55,907 nucleotides of DNA from an uncultured Dehalococcoidia bacterium. GTDB lineage: Bacteria; Chloroflexota; Dehalococcoidia; UBA2247; RBG-13-53-26. Within the stretch, counting starts at the first letter, position 1. Every line of letters begins with the position of its first letter. Below, piece by piece: positions 28,672 through 39,065 of this stretch. Where the stretch lies: contig CAYYWI010000006.1 of the NCBI GenBank assembly GCA_964475375.1, forward strand, positions 1-55,907, given 5' to 3'. Below the pieces are notes generated by a model, which was not told the origin of the DNA, searched no databases, and saw only the letters and a program-made list of their open reading frames with translations. Position numbers and translations under genes: made by a program.

Positions 28672-31600
28672 GTGCTTAGTGCTGACAGTCTTAATGGAAT
28701 ACGCATCTCGCTGGCCTCACCGGAACAGATCAAGAGCTGGTCCTGGGGTGAAGTCACGAAGCCGGAGACGATAAATTACCGCAGTCTGAAACCGGAGCGG
28801 GATGGCCTCTTTTGCGAGAGGATTTTCGGCCCCACCAAGGACTTCGAGTGCTACTGCGGAAAGTACAAGAAGATACGCTACAAGGGCATACGCTGCGACC
28901 GTTGCGGTGTCGAAGTCACACTGTCCAAGGTTCGCCGCGAGCGCATGGGCCACATCGAACTGGCAGCGCCCGTGGCTCACAGCTGGTTTGTAAAGGGAAT
29001 CCCCAGCCGCATCGGACTGCTACTCGATCTGTCTCCGCGCAGCCTGGAACGTGTCATCTACTTCGCGCAGTACATCATAATCAAGGTCAACGATGCCGCC
29101 AAGAACGCGCTGCTGGATGAATTGAAACAGGAGCGGGATAAACTGGCCGAGAGAGAAGACCTCGATGTGGAAGAAAGCACGCGGCTCAACAAAGAGGTTG
29201 AAGACAAGATCGGCAGCGTGGAGGACCTTGTCCCGCTGAAGCTGCTCACCGACAGTAAGTATCGGGAGATGCGGAACAAGTATGGCCAAATCTTCGAAGC
29301 CGATACGGGGGCCCAGGCCATTCTTACCATACTTCAGCAGCAGAACCTGGATGAGCTCCACTCGAAGCTCCACGAAGAGATCAACTCGGCCTCAGGACAG
29401 AGGCGCAAGAAAGCCATTAAGAGACTGCAGGTGGTAGAGGCCTTCCGGCGCAGCGGCAACAAACCGGAATGGATGATCATGACGATCCTGCCGGTCCTGC
29501 CGCCTGACCTCAGACCTATCGTGCAATTGGATGGCAGACGATTTGCCACAAGCGACCTCAATGACCTGTACAGAAGGGTGATAAACAGGAACAACCGTCT
29601 CAGGAGGTTGCTGGATGTCGGCGCTCCGGAGATCATTATTCACAACGAAAAGAGGATGCTGCAGGAAGCAGTAGACTCTCTGATTGACAACGGTCGACAG
29701 CGCAGAGCCATAACAGGCGTCGGCAACAGGCCCCTGCAGTCGCGATCGGATGTACTTCGCGGCAAGCAAGGTCGGTTCCGCCAGAACCTCCTGGGCAAGC
29801 GCGTTGACTACAGTGGACGATCCGTCATCGTGGTGGGACCCGAACTGGAACTCCATCAGTGCGGACTGCCCAAACGCATGGCCCTGGAGCTGTTCAAACC
29901 TTTCCTGATGTACCGACTGGTCCAGCAAGGCATCGCCACCAACATCAAGAGCGCCAAGAGGATGGTGGAAAGAGCCCGGCCGGAAATCTGGGGCATCCTG
30001 GAGGAAGTGGTGAAGGAGCGGCCGGTCCTGCTCAACCGAGCGCCGACTCTGCACCGGCTGAGCATCCAGGCATTTGAGCCCGTATTGATTGAAGGAAGCG
30101 CTATTCAGCTTCACCCGCTGGTGTGCACCGCCTTCAACGCCGACTTCGACGGTGACCAGATGGCGGTACACGTTCCGCTCTCCAAGGCAGCCGTCATGGA
30201 GGCCAGGAGGGCCATGCTCAGCACCCGCAACATGGTCCTGCCCAGCAACGGCGAGCCTGTCATAGCGCCTACGCTGGACATGGTTCTGGGCTGCTACTAC
30301 CTAACTTCCCTCAAGCAGGGGGCAAAAGGTGAGGGCCAGAAGTTCAGCAATTTCAGAGATGCAGAGCTGGCCTACGATCTCAATCTGATAGCCATCGGCG
30401 CAGAGATTGAGGTCAGGCAGCCAAACAACGGCGAACGGCTGAAGACCACCGTCGGTCGAATCATCTTCAACTCCGTCCTCCCCAAGGAAATGGGCTTCGT
30501 CAACGAAACCGTGGACAAGGGCATGCTCAAGAAACTGATCGGGCGTTGCCTGAGGATTTGCGGGAGCGAAACGGCCGCCGTCATGGTGGACAGAATCAAG
30601 CAGCTTGGCTTCAAGTACGCCACCAGGTCCGGCACCACCATCAGCGTCCACGACGTCAGAGTTCCGGATGCGAAGAACCAGGCTTTGAAAGAAGCTGAGA
30701 AGATCGTAGCCCAGATCGAGGATCAACACTATCGCGGTCTGATTACCGACGATGAACGCTACACCGGCATCGTGGATGTGTGGACAGACACCACGGAAAA
30801 AGTCACCGACCTGGTGTCCCAGTCATTGGATCGCTCCGGCAGCGTGTACATGATGGCAACATCCGGCGCAAAAGGTAACATCTCCCAGATCAGGCAGATG
30901 GCCGGCATGCGAGGTCTGATGACCGACCCCTCGGGCAAAATCATCGACTTCCCCATCCGGTCCAGTTTCAACGAAGGTCTCTCCGTGCTGGAGTACTTCA
31001 TCTCCACACATGGAGCCCGCAAAGGTCTGGCAGACACGGCCCTGAGAACATCCGACGCCGGCTACCTGACCAGGCGACTGGTTGACATTGTTCAGGACAT
31101 GATAATCCTGGAAAAGGATTGTGGAACCACATTCGGAATATGGTGCACGGAACCCAAGGACAGCTTCCTGCCGTCTTTGACCGAACGAATCATAGGGAGA
31201 CTGGCGGCGGCAAAGGTCGTCGATCCCAAGACCGGCGAAACCATAGTTGAACAGAACCAGGAGATAGACGACGAGAAAGCAAAACAGATTGCCAAATCTG
31301 GAATTGACCAGGTTTATGTAAGGTCGCCCCTGACCTGTCAGTCAAGGCAGGGAATATGCCAGGCTTGCTATGGAGTGGATTTGTCCAAAGGCAGTCCGGT
31401 TGATCTCTGTACCACGGTAGGCATAATCGCCGCCCAAAGCATTGGAGAACCCGGCACCCAGCTTACTCTGCGCACATTCCACACCGGCGGTGTAATGGGC
31501 CTGGACATCACGACCGGCTTGCCTCGCGTAGAGGAGCTCTTCGAAGCCAGAATCCCGAAGGGACAAGCAGTCCTCTCCGAGATCGATGGTACCGTTGAGA

Positions 31601-32670
31601 TACTGTCAACGGAGGAGGGCTACCGTATAAGGATTACCAACTCCGAGTCCTATCGCAACGAATACCCTCTGCCTCCGAGTGCGGACTTGTTGGTACGCGA
31701 CGGGGACAGAGTGGAGGTAGGCGCTATTCTGGCCACCAAGGTCGAACCGGCAGCCAAAGCAAAAGGTAAGGATAAGGACAAAGAGAAGGATAAAGAATCG
31801 GCGCCGACGCCTGTGCTGCTGGCACCGGTTACCGGCATCGTAAGCATCGAGGGATCGACCCTCGTTATCACCTACGAAGAGAGGGAGGAGGAGGAATACC
31901 CCGTTCCTTTCACGGCCACTATTCGTGTTGAGAACGGCGCTCACGTGAAGGCCGGCGACCAGCTTACCGAGGGCCACGTAAATCCTCAGGACATCCTGCG
32001 AATCAAAGGACGAGAAGCAGCCCAGCGGTATCTGGTGGATGAAATCCAGAAGGTCTACCGGTCTCAGGGTGTGAACATCAACGACAAGCACATTGAGGTC
32101 GTGGCGCGCCGCATGCTCCAGAAAGTCAGGGTGGACTCCCCAGGCGACACAGAACTGCTCCCCGGCGATCTGGTGGATCGGTTCAACTTCGAGGAAATCA
32201 ATGCCAGGACCGTGGCCGAAGGAGGCGAGGCCGCCACAGCCCAGACGGCATTGCTGGGCATAACAAAGGCGGCATTGAATGCCGACAGTTGGCTGGCAGC
32301 GGCTTCGTTCCAGGAGACAACCAGGGTGCTGACAGAGGCAGCCATCAACGGCAAGACTGACAGACTTGTGGGTTTGAAAGAGAACGTGATCATCGGAAGG
32401 CTGATACCGGCACGTTGTCTCAGCGCGGAAGACCTCGAGCTGATAAAACCGGCCCAACAGGAACTGACTACGCAGATACTGGATGCCGGCCTTGTTCTGG
32501 ACACCAAGGAGGAAGGAATCGAGATTGGGCCCGATGCCGAGATTGTCAGCGAGCTCGAACGAGAGGGCGAGGATGAAGCTGAGATGGACAATGAGGATCA
32601 GAACAACACTGAAGGAGAGATTGAACCTGAACCTGAACCTGACTCGGAGCCGGAGAGCGAGCCACAGTAA
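28672..32670 (+). CDS. rpoC: DNA-directed RNA polymerase subunit beta'
   Basis: 1332-aa ORF with Zn motif CYCGKYK...CDRCGVEV and the catalytic [12 protein letters not shown]. It has a Lys/Asp-rich insert and an acidic [14 protein letters not shown] tail. Confidence 0.95.
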   Translation: MLSADSLNGIRISLASPEQIKSWSWGEVTKPETINYRSLKPERDGLFCERIFGPTKDFECYCGKYKKIRYKGIRCDRCGVEVTLSKVRRERMGHIELAAPVAHSWFVKGIPSRIGLLLDLSPRSLERVIYFAQYIIIKVNDAAKNALLDELKQERDKLAEREDLDVEESTRLNKEVEDKIGSVEDLVPLKLLTDSKYREMRNKYGQIFEADTGAQAILTILQQQNLDELHSKLHEEINSASGQRRKKAIKRLQVVEAFRRSGNKPEWMIMTILPVLPPDLRPIVQLDGRRFATSDLNDLYRRVINRNNRLRRLLDVGAPEIIIHNEKRMLQEAVDSLIDNGRQRRAITGVGNRPLQSRSDVLRGKQGRFRQNLLGKRVDYSGRSVIVVGPELELHQCGLPKRMALELFKPFLMYRLVQQGIATNIKSAKRMVERARPEIWGILEEVVKERPVLLNRAPTLHRLSIQAFEPVLIEGSAIQLHPLVCTAFNADFDGDQMAVHVPLSKAAVMEARRAMLSTRNMVLPSNGEPVIAPTLDMVLGCYYLTSLKQGAKGEGQKFSNFRDAELAYDLNLIAIGAEIEVRQPNNGERLKTTVGRIIFNSVLPKEMGFVNETVDKGMLKKLIGRCLRICGSETAAVMVDRIKQLGFKYATRSGTTISVHDVRVPDAKNQALKEAEKIVAQIEDQHYRGLITDDERYTGIVDVWTDTTEKVTDLVSQSLDRSGSVYMMATSGAKGNISQIRQMAGMRGLMTDPSGKIIDFPIRSSFNEGLSVLEYFISTHGARKGLADTALRTSDAGYLTRRLVDIVQDMIILEKDCGTTFGIWCTEPKDSFLPSLTERIIGRLAAAKVVDPKTGETIVEQNQEIDDEKAKQIAKSGIDQVYVRSPLTCQSRQGICQACYGVDLSKGSPVDLCTTVGIIAAQSIGEPGTQLTLRTFHTGGVMGLDITTGLPRVEELFEARIPKGQAVLSEIDGTVEILSTEEGYRIRITNSESYRNEYPLPPSADLLVRDGDRVEVGAILATKVEPAAKAKGKDKDKEKDKESAPTPVLLAPVTGIVSIEGSTLVITYEEREEEEYPVPFTATIRVENGAHVKAGDQLTEGHVNPQDILRIKGREAAQRYLVDEIQKVYRSQGVNINDKHIEVVARRMLQKVRVDSPGDTELLPGDLVDRFNFEEINARTVAEGGEAATAQTALLGITKAALNADSWLAAASFQETTRVLTEAAINGKTDRLVGLKENVIIGRLIPARCLSAEDLELIKPAQQELTTQILDAGLVLDTKEEGIEIGPDAEIVSELEREGEDEAEMDNEDQNNTEGEIEPEPEPDSEPESEPQ

Positions 32671-32691
32671 GTCTTGAGTACTCAGTGAACC

Positions 32692-32729
32692 GAATCGCCA
32701 GCTGGGTCCCGGCTGGCGATTCTTGTTTT
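32692..32729. terminator. rho-independent terminator after rpoC (possibly bidirectional)
   Basis: Perfect 11-bp stem gaatcgccagc / gctggcgattc followed by TTGTTTT. It sits between convergent rpoC and dtd. Confidence 0.6.
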
Positions 32730-32754
32730 GGCAATCTCCAGAAGTCTCGCGGAC

Positions 32755-33201
32755 TCACCTGGCTCTGCTATCCAGAAAGATGGTGACCGGGCCGTCGTTG
32801 TGGATTTCCACCAGCATATGTTGCTGAAAACGGCCGGTCTCCACTCGAAGACCCGTGGCCCGCGACAGTTCCACAAACCGGTTGAACAAGGACTCCGCTT
32901 CCGCCGGACCGGCGGCTTCAATGAAGCTGGGACGCCGCCCCTTTCTCGTATCGGCGAGAAGGGTGAACTGGCTCACCAGCAGCAGACCCCCATTCACATC
33001 CACCAGGGATCGGTTAAACTTGCCCGCCTCGTCGGGGAAGATGCGAAGGTTGACCGTCTTGTCAACCAGATACCGGGCATCCTCCTCCGAGTCCCCCTGC
33101 GCCACCCCCACCAGACCAACCAGCCCCAGACCTATCCTCCCCACCTCTTCTCCATTCACGCTGACCGAAGCCTTGGCAACCCGCTGAAGAAGAATCCTCA
33201 T
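32755..33201 (-). CDS. dtd: D-aminoacyl-tRNA deacylase
   Basis: MRILLQRV...VSQFTLLADTRKGRRPSF...GRFQQHMLVEIHNDGPVTI are canonical Dtd motifs. Confidence 0.9.
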   Translation of the reverse strand: MRILLQRVAKASVSVNGEEVGRIGLGLVGLVGVAQGDSEEDARYLVDKTVNLRIFPDEAGKFNRSLVDVNGGLLLVSQFTLLADTRKGRRPSFIEAAGPAEAESLFNRFVELSRATGLRVETGRFQQHMLVEIHNDGPVTIFLDSRAR

Positions 33202-33204
33202 CTC

Positions 33205-33399
33205 TTACTTCTTGGCAAAAGTCAGCCCGTCGCCCTTGGCATCGACCAGTATCGTACTCCCCTCCACATACTCACCGTCCAGAATGCCCTTCGAGATGGG
33301 ATTCTCCACATATCGCTGTATCGCCCGACGCAAAGGCCTCGCACCGTAGGCGGGATCGTAACCCTCCTTCAGCAGCCACGACTTCGCGGCATCGGTCAG
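33205..33399 (-). pseudogene. clpC: C-terminal ~64 codons of clpC in a different reading frame from the main ORF
   Basis: The frame beginning at the ctg codon 33397-33399 translates [40 protein letters not shown]...TFAKK*, the conserved Clp/Hsp100 C-terminal domain. This frame is closed by TGA ~10 codons upstream. Confidence 0.75.
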
Positions 33400-35597
33400 C
33401 GCTTCTTCACTTCCCCGATCAGCAGGTCAACGATCTGGCGCAATTGCTGCTGGTTGAGCGCGTCAAAGATGATGATCTCGTCGATCCGGTTGATGAGCTC
33501 GGGCCTGAAGGCCTGTTTCAGAGCGTTCTTGATGGTCTGGCGCAGCTTTTCCTGATCGAGTTCTTTGTCCGGGCGGAAGCCGATGCTCTGCCTCTGCACC
33601 TCTTGCGTTCCCAGATTGCTCGTCATTATGACAACTACGTTCTTGAAGTCCACCATCCGGCCGTGGCCGTCAGTCAGCCTGCCATCCTCCAGTATCTGCA
33701 GCAGGATATTGAACACATCCGGATGGGCCTTTTCTATTTCATCAAACAGGATCACCCGGAAGGGGCGGCGCCTCACCAGTTCGGTAAGCTGCCCGCCTTC
33801 TTCATACCCAATGTATCCCGGCGGAGCACCGATCAATCTCGAAACCGTGTGCTTCTCCATGTACTCCGACATATCCAGGCGAACCATGGCATTCTCATCA
33901 TCGAACAGGAATGCAGCGAGCGCCCGCGCCAGTTCCGTCTTGCCGACACCGGTGGGACCGAGGAACATGAAACTGCCGATGGGCCGCTTCGGGTCCTTCA
34001 ACCCGGCTCTGGCCCGCCGGATAGCCTCGGAGACCGCCACTACGGCTTTCTCCTGATTCACAATCCTCTTGTGCAGCTCCTCCTCCATGTTGACCAGCTT
34101 CTTCGACTCGCTCTCCAACATCCTGGTAACCGGTATGCCGGTCCACTTGGAGACAAGCTCGGCGATATCGCCTTCGTCCACAACGCGATCAATCTTCTTC
34201 TCGCCCAACCATGCGTTCTTGGCCGCCTTGTATTCCTCATCTGTGCGCAGCATCTCCGCCTTCAGTTCGGCGGCGTGCTGGTAGTCGCCCCGCTGTGAAG
34301 CAGACTCCTCTTCATTGGCCAGGCGTCTCACCTCCTGCTCCAATTGCTTGACCTCCGAAGGAGCGCTCTCCAGATCGATGCGCAGCTTGCTGGCTGCCTC
34401 GTCAATCAGGTCGATGGCCTTGTCCGGCAGGAAGCGATCGGTGATGTAGCGGTGCGAAAGCTTGGCCGCAGCTTCCAGCGCTGAGTCTGCGATCTCGATC
34501 TTGTGGTGCGCCTCATATCTCGGCTTCAGCCCCTTCAACATCTCCACGGTGGCCTCAACACTCGGCTGATCAATGAAGACGGGCTGCAGCCGCCGCTCAA
34601 GAGCCTTGTCTTTCTCAATGCGCTGGCGGTACTCATCGAGAGTCGTGGCTCCTATGCACTGCAGCTCGCCCCGGGCCAGGGCCGGCTTGAGAATATTGCT
34701 GGCATCGATAGCACCCTCCGCTGCCCCAGCGCCCACCACGGTATGGAACTCGTCAATGAAAAGGATGACCTCGCCCTCCGACTGGCGGACCTCGTCGATC
34801 ACAGCCTTCAACCTGTCTTCGAACTCGCCCCTGAACTTGCTGCCGGCCACCAGTGACGTCATGTTCAGCGCAATCATCCTCTTGTTCTTAAGCGAATCAG
34901 GAACGTCATCGGCCACAATCTTCTCCGCCAGGCCCTCAGCGATAGCGGTCTTGCCTACACCGGCCTCGCCAATGATGATAGGGTTGTTCTTGGTGCGCCG
35001 CGAAAGTATCTGCATCACCCGGCGGATCTCATCGTCACGGCCAATCACCGGGTCCAACTTGCCGCTCCTGGCCAGCTCGGTAAGATCGCGACCGTATTTG
35101 TCCAGGCTCCGATACTTGCTTTCAGCTTTTCTGTCCATAACTCGATGGCCTCCCCGGATATTGCGCAAAGCCCGATATATGCTCTCCTGATCGACGCCGT
35201 TGGCCCGAAGGATGCGAGCCGCCTCGCCCTGCTGTTCACCAGCGATGGCAATCAGGATATGCTCAACGCCGACGAACTCATCCTTCAGCCTGTCTGCCTC
35301 TGCTGCCGCTGAATTGAGGATGGTCGGGATGCGAGGCGTGGCGAATATCTGCGCCCCCTCGTATGTGACCTTGGGCACCTTTTCCAGAACCAGTTCGGTT
35401 TGCTGCTTTACCAACTGATCGCTGACGCCAAGCCCCTTGAGTATCTCACTGGTCAAGCTGCCCTGCTGCTCCAAAAGGGCCAGCAGGATATGCTCAACAT
35501 CCCACTGGCTGTGGCGATATCGCCTGACCATCTCTTGTGAAGCGGCCAGTGCTTCTTGTGCTTGCTCGGTCAGTCTCTCCGGCCCCATAGATACCAT
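33396..35597 (-). CDS. clpC: ATP-dependent Clp protease ATP-binding subunit ClpC (first 733 aa; terminates prematurely)
   Basis: Clp N-domain repeats, two AAA+ modules ([16 protein letters not shown]), a short UVR-like middle domain ([14 protein letters not shown]) and an IGF ClpP-docking loop (SIGFRPD). The ORF stops at ...LIGEVKKR*, just before the conserved C-terminal domain. Confidence 0.85.
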   Translation of the reverse strand: MVSMGPERLTEQAQEALAASQEMVRRYRHSQWDVEHILLALLEQQGSLTSEILKGLGVSDQLVKQQTELVLEKVPKVTYEGAQIFATPRIPTILNSAAAEADRLKDEFVGVEHILIAIAGEQQGEAARILRANGVDQESIYRALRNIRGGHRVMDRKAESKYRSLDKYGRDLTELARSGKLDPVIGRDDEIRRVMQILSRRTKNNPIIIGEAGVGKTAIAEGLAEKIVADDVPDSLKNKRMIALNMTSLVAGSKFRGEFEDRLKAVIDEVRQSEGEVILFIDEFHTVVGAGAAEGAIDASNILKPALARGELQCIGATTLDEYRQRIEKDKALERRLQPVFIDQPSVEATVEMLKGLKPRYEAHHKIEIADSALEAAAKLSHRYITDRFLPDKAIDLIDEAASKLRIDLESAPSEVKQLEQEVRRLANEEESASQRGDYQHAAELKAEMLRTDEEYKAAKNAWLGEKKIDRVVDEGDIAELVSKWTGIPVTRMLESESKKLVNMEEELHKRIVNQEKAVVAVSEAIRRARAGLKDPKRPIGSFMFLGPTGVGKTELARALAAFLFDDENAMVRLDMSEYMEKHTVSRLIGAPPGYIGYEEGGQLTELVRRRPFRVILFDEIEKAHPDVFNILLQILEDGRLTDGHGRMVDFKNVVVIMTSNLGTQEVQRQSIGFRPDKELDQEKLRQTIKNALKQAFRPELINRIDEIIIFDALNQQQLRQIVDLLIGEVKKR

Positions 35598-35789
35598 AAT
35601 TCACACTCCACAGGAAGAAATTGTAAACGAGTGAAAACCGAGTGTAAGGTACTTAGCTCACTTGTAGAGAAGGCGAGTGCAACCACAGTTCCGCTTGCTC
35701 AGGACTGCTGTCATCGCCTGCTTCTCTATCCCCCCGAACGCCTATCTGGGTTCCTTTTCGATTCTACCACAGCTTCCAAGGCGGCGGGG

Positions 35790-36620
35790 CTACGAACTGC
35801 GCGGGGGGAGGTCGATCTCAGCCTCCCTCCTCTTGGGCCTCTTCAACACGTACCGGCTGCGGACCAAGTTCCACTTGGACCCCGTCATCATGAAGTACCT
35901 CTTCATTTCCCTCGGCCCCGGGTGCACTGTGAAGGAGTAGATCAGGTTCGGGTTCCAATTGTCCACGCCGTAGACTCCGATACGGTTTATGCTTAGATAC
36001 TCCTGGTTGCGCAACATCCAGCGGTCCTGCACCAGGAGCGACACTCCGAGGGTCTCCTGAAAAGCGGGGATGACCAGACCGTAGTCGTGGTCAACGCCGT
36101 TCTTCTCGCGAAGCTCCGCGAGTTTCCTGGCCTTGGACAGTGCAGCCTCGTCGCAGCGCTCAGCCAACTCGAGGAAGAAGCCGTGCCCTTGAAACTCAAA
36201 GTAGAGTTCGACATCATCCCGCTCCACCTGGCTGTAGCCCTTATCATGAAGCAGATGAGTGAAAGAATCCTGGAGATAGGCTCTGGCAGCCTCATCATTC
36301 TCGAACCCTTCCTGCGAACGCAGAGGGAGGAGGACCGCCAGCGGCGGCTGTTCAATCTCAGCCGTGGCTGCCCGTTTCTTCTCCTCTGATTCAACCGCGC
36401 CTTCGCAATGGAACAGGTCGGAGAGTTCCTCGCCCTTGTCGTTGATGAACCGGATGCTCAGCAGCAGAGCCACGCCTCCCGGCGTCTTCTTCCGCTCCAG
36501 AATGGCGAGGTTCTTCACCACGAAGCTGGCAGGAAGAGGCAGCTTAATGTACACGCCCTTTTCAGCAAAGGTATTGTTTATCTCTGCCACGGTAAGCATC
36601 TTGTCACCCGGCTTGTTCAT
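35790..36620 (-). CDS. hypothetical protein (276 aa)
   Basis: Long non-repetitive ORF with a TATAAT-containing module immediately upstream. No family recognised. Confidence 0.5.
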   Translation of the reverse strand: MNKPGDKMLTVAEINNTFAEKGVYIKLPLPASFVVKNLAILERKKTPGGVALLLSIRFINDKGEELSDLFHCEGAVESEEKKRAATAEIEQPPLAVLLPLRSQEGFENDEAARAYLQDSFTHLLHDKGYSQVERDDVELYFEFQGHGFFLELAERCDEAALSKARKLAELREKNGVDHDYGLVIPAFQETLGVSLLVQDRWMLRNQEYLSINRIGVYGVDNWNPNLIYSFTVHPGPREMKRYFMMTGSKWNLVRSRYVLKRPKRREAEIDLPPRSS

Positions 36621-36676
36621 GTGGTGAGGCCATTATAGCAGAACGAGCGTGCTCGCGTCAGAGGTAGGGCGGTCAC

Positions 36677-36735
36677 TCAACGCCCCCAGGCTCCCGCCTA
36701 CCCCCTCTTTGTCAAAGAGGGGGTAGGCGGGAGTT
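36677..36735. repeat. palindromic intergenic repeat, family A copy 1
   Basis: tcaacgcccccaggctcccgcctaccccctctttgtcaaagagggggtaggcgggagtt. Bases 36691-36733 form a perfect 43-nt palindrome. It overlaps the 3' end of the DUF559 ORF. Confidence 0.85.
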
Positions 36736-37117
36736 CGAGTTCCTTCGCGATCTCCGTCAGAACTCCTTCGACATTCTGCAAGACGTCGAGGTTGCTGAAC
36801 CGGATCGTCTTTATAGTCAGAGAACTCATGTATTCTTCACGCGACTCATCGTATTCTCTGCCCTCGCCAAAAGAATGTTGACTCCCATCAATCTCAATAA
36901 CCAGCTTGCGTTGTGGGCAATAGAAATCGACGATGTATTCACCGATACCATATTGACGGTAGAATTTGCAGCCCATGAAGCCCTTGCCCCGGAGTTTCTG
37001 CCACAGTACCATCTCCGCTTCAGTCTGGCTCTTGCGAAGGTTCTTTCGCTTGGCTCTGGTGGAAGACCTGTTGAATGTCTGCATACCTGACGTTCCCCTT
37101 TGTCGCTGCCCCCCCAC
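36698..37117 (-). CDS. DUF559 (Vsr-like endonuclease fold) domain protein
   Basis: LRKSQTEAEMVLWQKLRGKGFMGCKFYRQYGIGEYIVDFYCPQRKLVIEIDGSQH is typical of DUF559. ATG 37084 is an alternative start. The last ~12 codons are encoded by repeat A1. Confidence 0.8.
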   Translation of the reverse strand: MGGQRQRGTSGMQTFNRSSTRAKRKNLRKSQTEAEMVLWQKLRGKGFMGCKFYRQYGIGEYIVDFYCPQRKLVIEIDGSQHSFGEGREYDESREEYMSSLTIKTIRFSNLDVLQNVEGVLTEIAKELELPPTPSLTKRG

Positions 37118-37144
37118 CTTGGAGAGGAGACCTCTTCGTCGCGA

Positions 37145-37207
37145 TCCAACGCCCCCAGGCTTCCGCCTACCCCCTCTTTGACAAAGAGGGGGTGAGGGGG
37201 AGTTCCC
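37145..37207. repeat. palindromic intergenic repeat, family A copy 2
   Basis: tccaacgcccccaggcttccgcctaccccctctttgacaaagagggggtgagggggagttccc, just upstream of the DUF559 start. Confidence 0.85.
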
Positions 37208-37380
37208 AGTAGTCAGGCCATTGTATCAGAAGAAGGAGCACGCTCGTGTCAGAAGCGGCATCTTGCGTTGTCCCATCTCCTGTGAAGTGGGGGACAGAAT
37301 CCTTGACATGTAAGACACACTTCAATCAGAATTAATTGAGGTGTTGCAGAGTAGGCAGAGCAACAGAGGAGGGAACGAAC

Positions 37381-37737
37381 ATGCTCGTACTTGGGGCAAC
37401 AAGTATCGCACTTGGGCTATTGTGGATTGTAATCGGTGTTCTGTTGGCCCGGGCAAAGAACTGGAAACCCAATTGTTTGGTGGGCTACCGTACCGCCAAG
37501 TCAATGTCATCCCAGGAACTCTGGATCAAAGCGAACCGTTTCTCCGGCCGGTGTCTGGCAGTATCCGGGTTGGTCCTTGCAGTCTTCGGAATACTGTCAT
37601 TTGGAGTTGAAGAGAAGAATGGAACCTTGATGTTCTTCATCTTCATGGGGCTGCTCCTGATTCCTCTCGTAATCACTGTTCTCCTGACTGAGTGGCATCT
37701 CCGCAGGTCATCCCGGCAGGAAGAACCACGGAACTGA
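37381..37737 (+). CDS. SdpI/YhfL-family small membrane protein
   Basis: GGAGGGA RBS before ATG 37381. NWKPNCLVGYRTAKSMSSQELWIKANRFSG motif flanked by TM helices. Confidence 0.65.
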   Translation: MLVLGATSIALGLLWIVIGVLLARAKNWKPNCLVGYRTAKSMSSQELWIKANRFSGRCLAVSGLVLAVFGILSFGVEEKNGTLMFFIFMGLLLIPLVITVLLTEWHLRRSSRQEEPRN

Positions 37738-37810
37738 TCGATATCCGATGAGCGTCAGGTCTACGACCTCACTTGCTTGCTGGTCCGGCAAGCTGAATCT
37801 GAACGCAGGA

Positions 37811-37872
37811 TCCAACGCCCCCAAGCTACGCGCCTCCCCTCTTTGGCAAAGAGGGGGTGAGGGGGAGTTCCC
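37811..37872. repeat. palindromic intergenic repeat, family A copy 3
   Basis: tccaacgcccccaagctacgcgcctcccctctttggcaaagagggggtgagggggagttccc, ~150 nt upstream of the AAA+/CooC/vWA operon. Confidence 0.85.
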
Positions 37873-38024
37873 ATTACCCTCCACTTTGCACCTTGCCACG
37901 TATTTGGTGAGTTTCAGGTCCTTGACCTACCCGCTCGCGAGGCATTTGCGGTCAAGCGTCACCGAGGCCATCCCGATTGGTTTCAATCCACGCTCCTATT
38001 GTATACTCTAGGCTAGGAGGAACC

Positions 38025-39065
38025 ATGATTGAGGGACTAAGGGAGACCATTCTCAAGTCAGCCACCGAAGGCAGAGACATGCTTTCGGTCATAGTGGGAC
38101 AAGAGGATGCCAAGAAGAAGATTCTGGCCTCGCTGCTGGCAGGCCATCACGTGCTCATCGAGGGACCGCCCGGCGTAGGGAAGACCACATTGGCCAAGCA
38201 CATAGCGGCCGCCTTGCCTGCCATCTCCGCCGTGAAGGACTGCCCCTACCATTGCAACCCGGAAGCGCCGGTGTGTCCACAGTGCAGAGTAAAGAAAGCA
38301 GCAGGTGGGAAGCTGGAGAGCATCACCATCCAGGGCGAACAGCGATTCATCAGACTGCAGGGCTCGCCCGACCTCACCGCTGAGGACCTGCTGGGAGATA
38401 TCGATCCCACTCAGGCCTTCAAGTACGGCCCTCAGGACTACCGGGCCTTCATACCGGGGAAGCTGCTCAAGGGCAATCGCGGCGTCGTCTTCTTCGACGA
38501 ATTGAACCGGGTCACCGAGAAGCTGCAGAACGCTCTGCTGCAGGTTCTCGAAGAGGGCATCGCCACCATCGGGCCTTACGATGTGGATTACCCCGCTGAT
38601 TTCGTGATGATCGCCACCATGAACCCCAGGGAACGCGCCGGCGTGGAAGAGCTCTCAGATGTCCTCCTCGACAGGTTCGACGTGGTCAAGATGGGCTACC
38701 CGGAAACCGCAGATCGCGAGAAGGAGATCCTCCTGAAGCACGGCCTGAGGATGGACAACATCAAGGTTCCGGACGATGTCGTCAACAGCGTGGTTGCCCT
38801 GGTCAGGGCCACCCGGGAAGAACCCTGGTCAAAGGAACTGGACCAGGCCGCCAGCGTGCGGGCCACCTTGTCGCTCTACGAGAAAGTGCAGGCTGTGGCG
38901 AGCCTGGAGAATCGGTCGGAGGCCACTGTCGATGACATCAGGCAAATGGCAGCCTCTTCGCTGGGCAGCCGGATCAAGCCGTCTCCCGAGTCCAAGTTCT
39001 ACGACTCCCAGATCGACTTGATCAACGAGCTGCTGGATAACGTTCTGGATGGCAGGCAAAGATGA
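38025..39065 (+). CDS. ChlI/BchI(MoxR)-like AAA+ ATPase with 4-Cys insert
   Basis: VIVGQEDAKKKIL...IEGPPGVGKTT (Walker A), VFFDELN (Walker B) and ATMNPRE...LLDRFD (sensor / Arg finger region). CPYHCNPEAPVCPQC insert follows Walker A. AGGAGG RBS before ATG 38025. Confidence 0.8.
   Translation: MIEGLRETILKSATEGRDMLSVIVGQEDAKKKILASLLAGHHVLIEGPPGVGKTTLAKHIAAALPAISAVKDCPYHCNPEAPVCPQCRVKKAAGGKLESITIQGEQRFIRLQGSPDLTAEDLLGDIDPTQAFKYGPQDYRAFIPGKLLKGNRGVVFFDELNRVTEKLQNALLQVLEEGIATIGPYDVDYPADFVMIATMNPRERAGVEELSDVLLDRFDVVKMGYPETADREKEILLKHGLRMDNIKVPDDVVNSVVALVRATREEPWSKELDQAASVRATLSLYEKVQAVASLENRSEATVDDIRQMAASSLGSRIKPSPESKFYDSQIDLINELLDNVLDGRQR

Noticed and set aside
32728-33555. 275-aa plus-strand ORF
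   Set aside because: It is antisense to dtd and the clpC 3' region, both of which are strongly supported on the minus strand.
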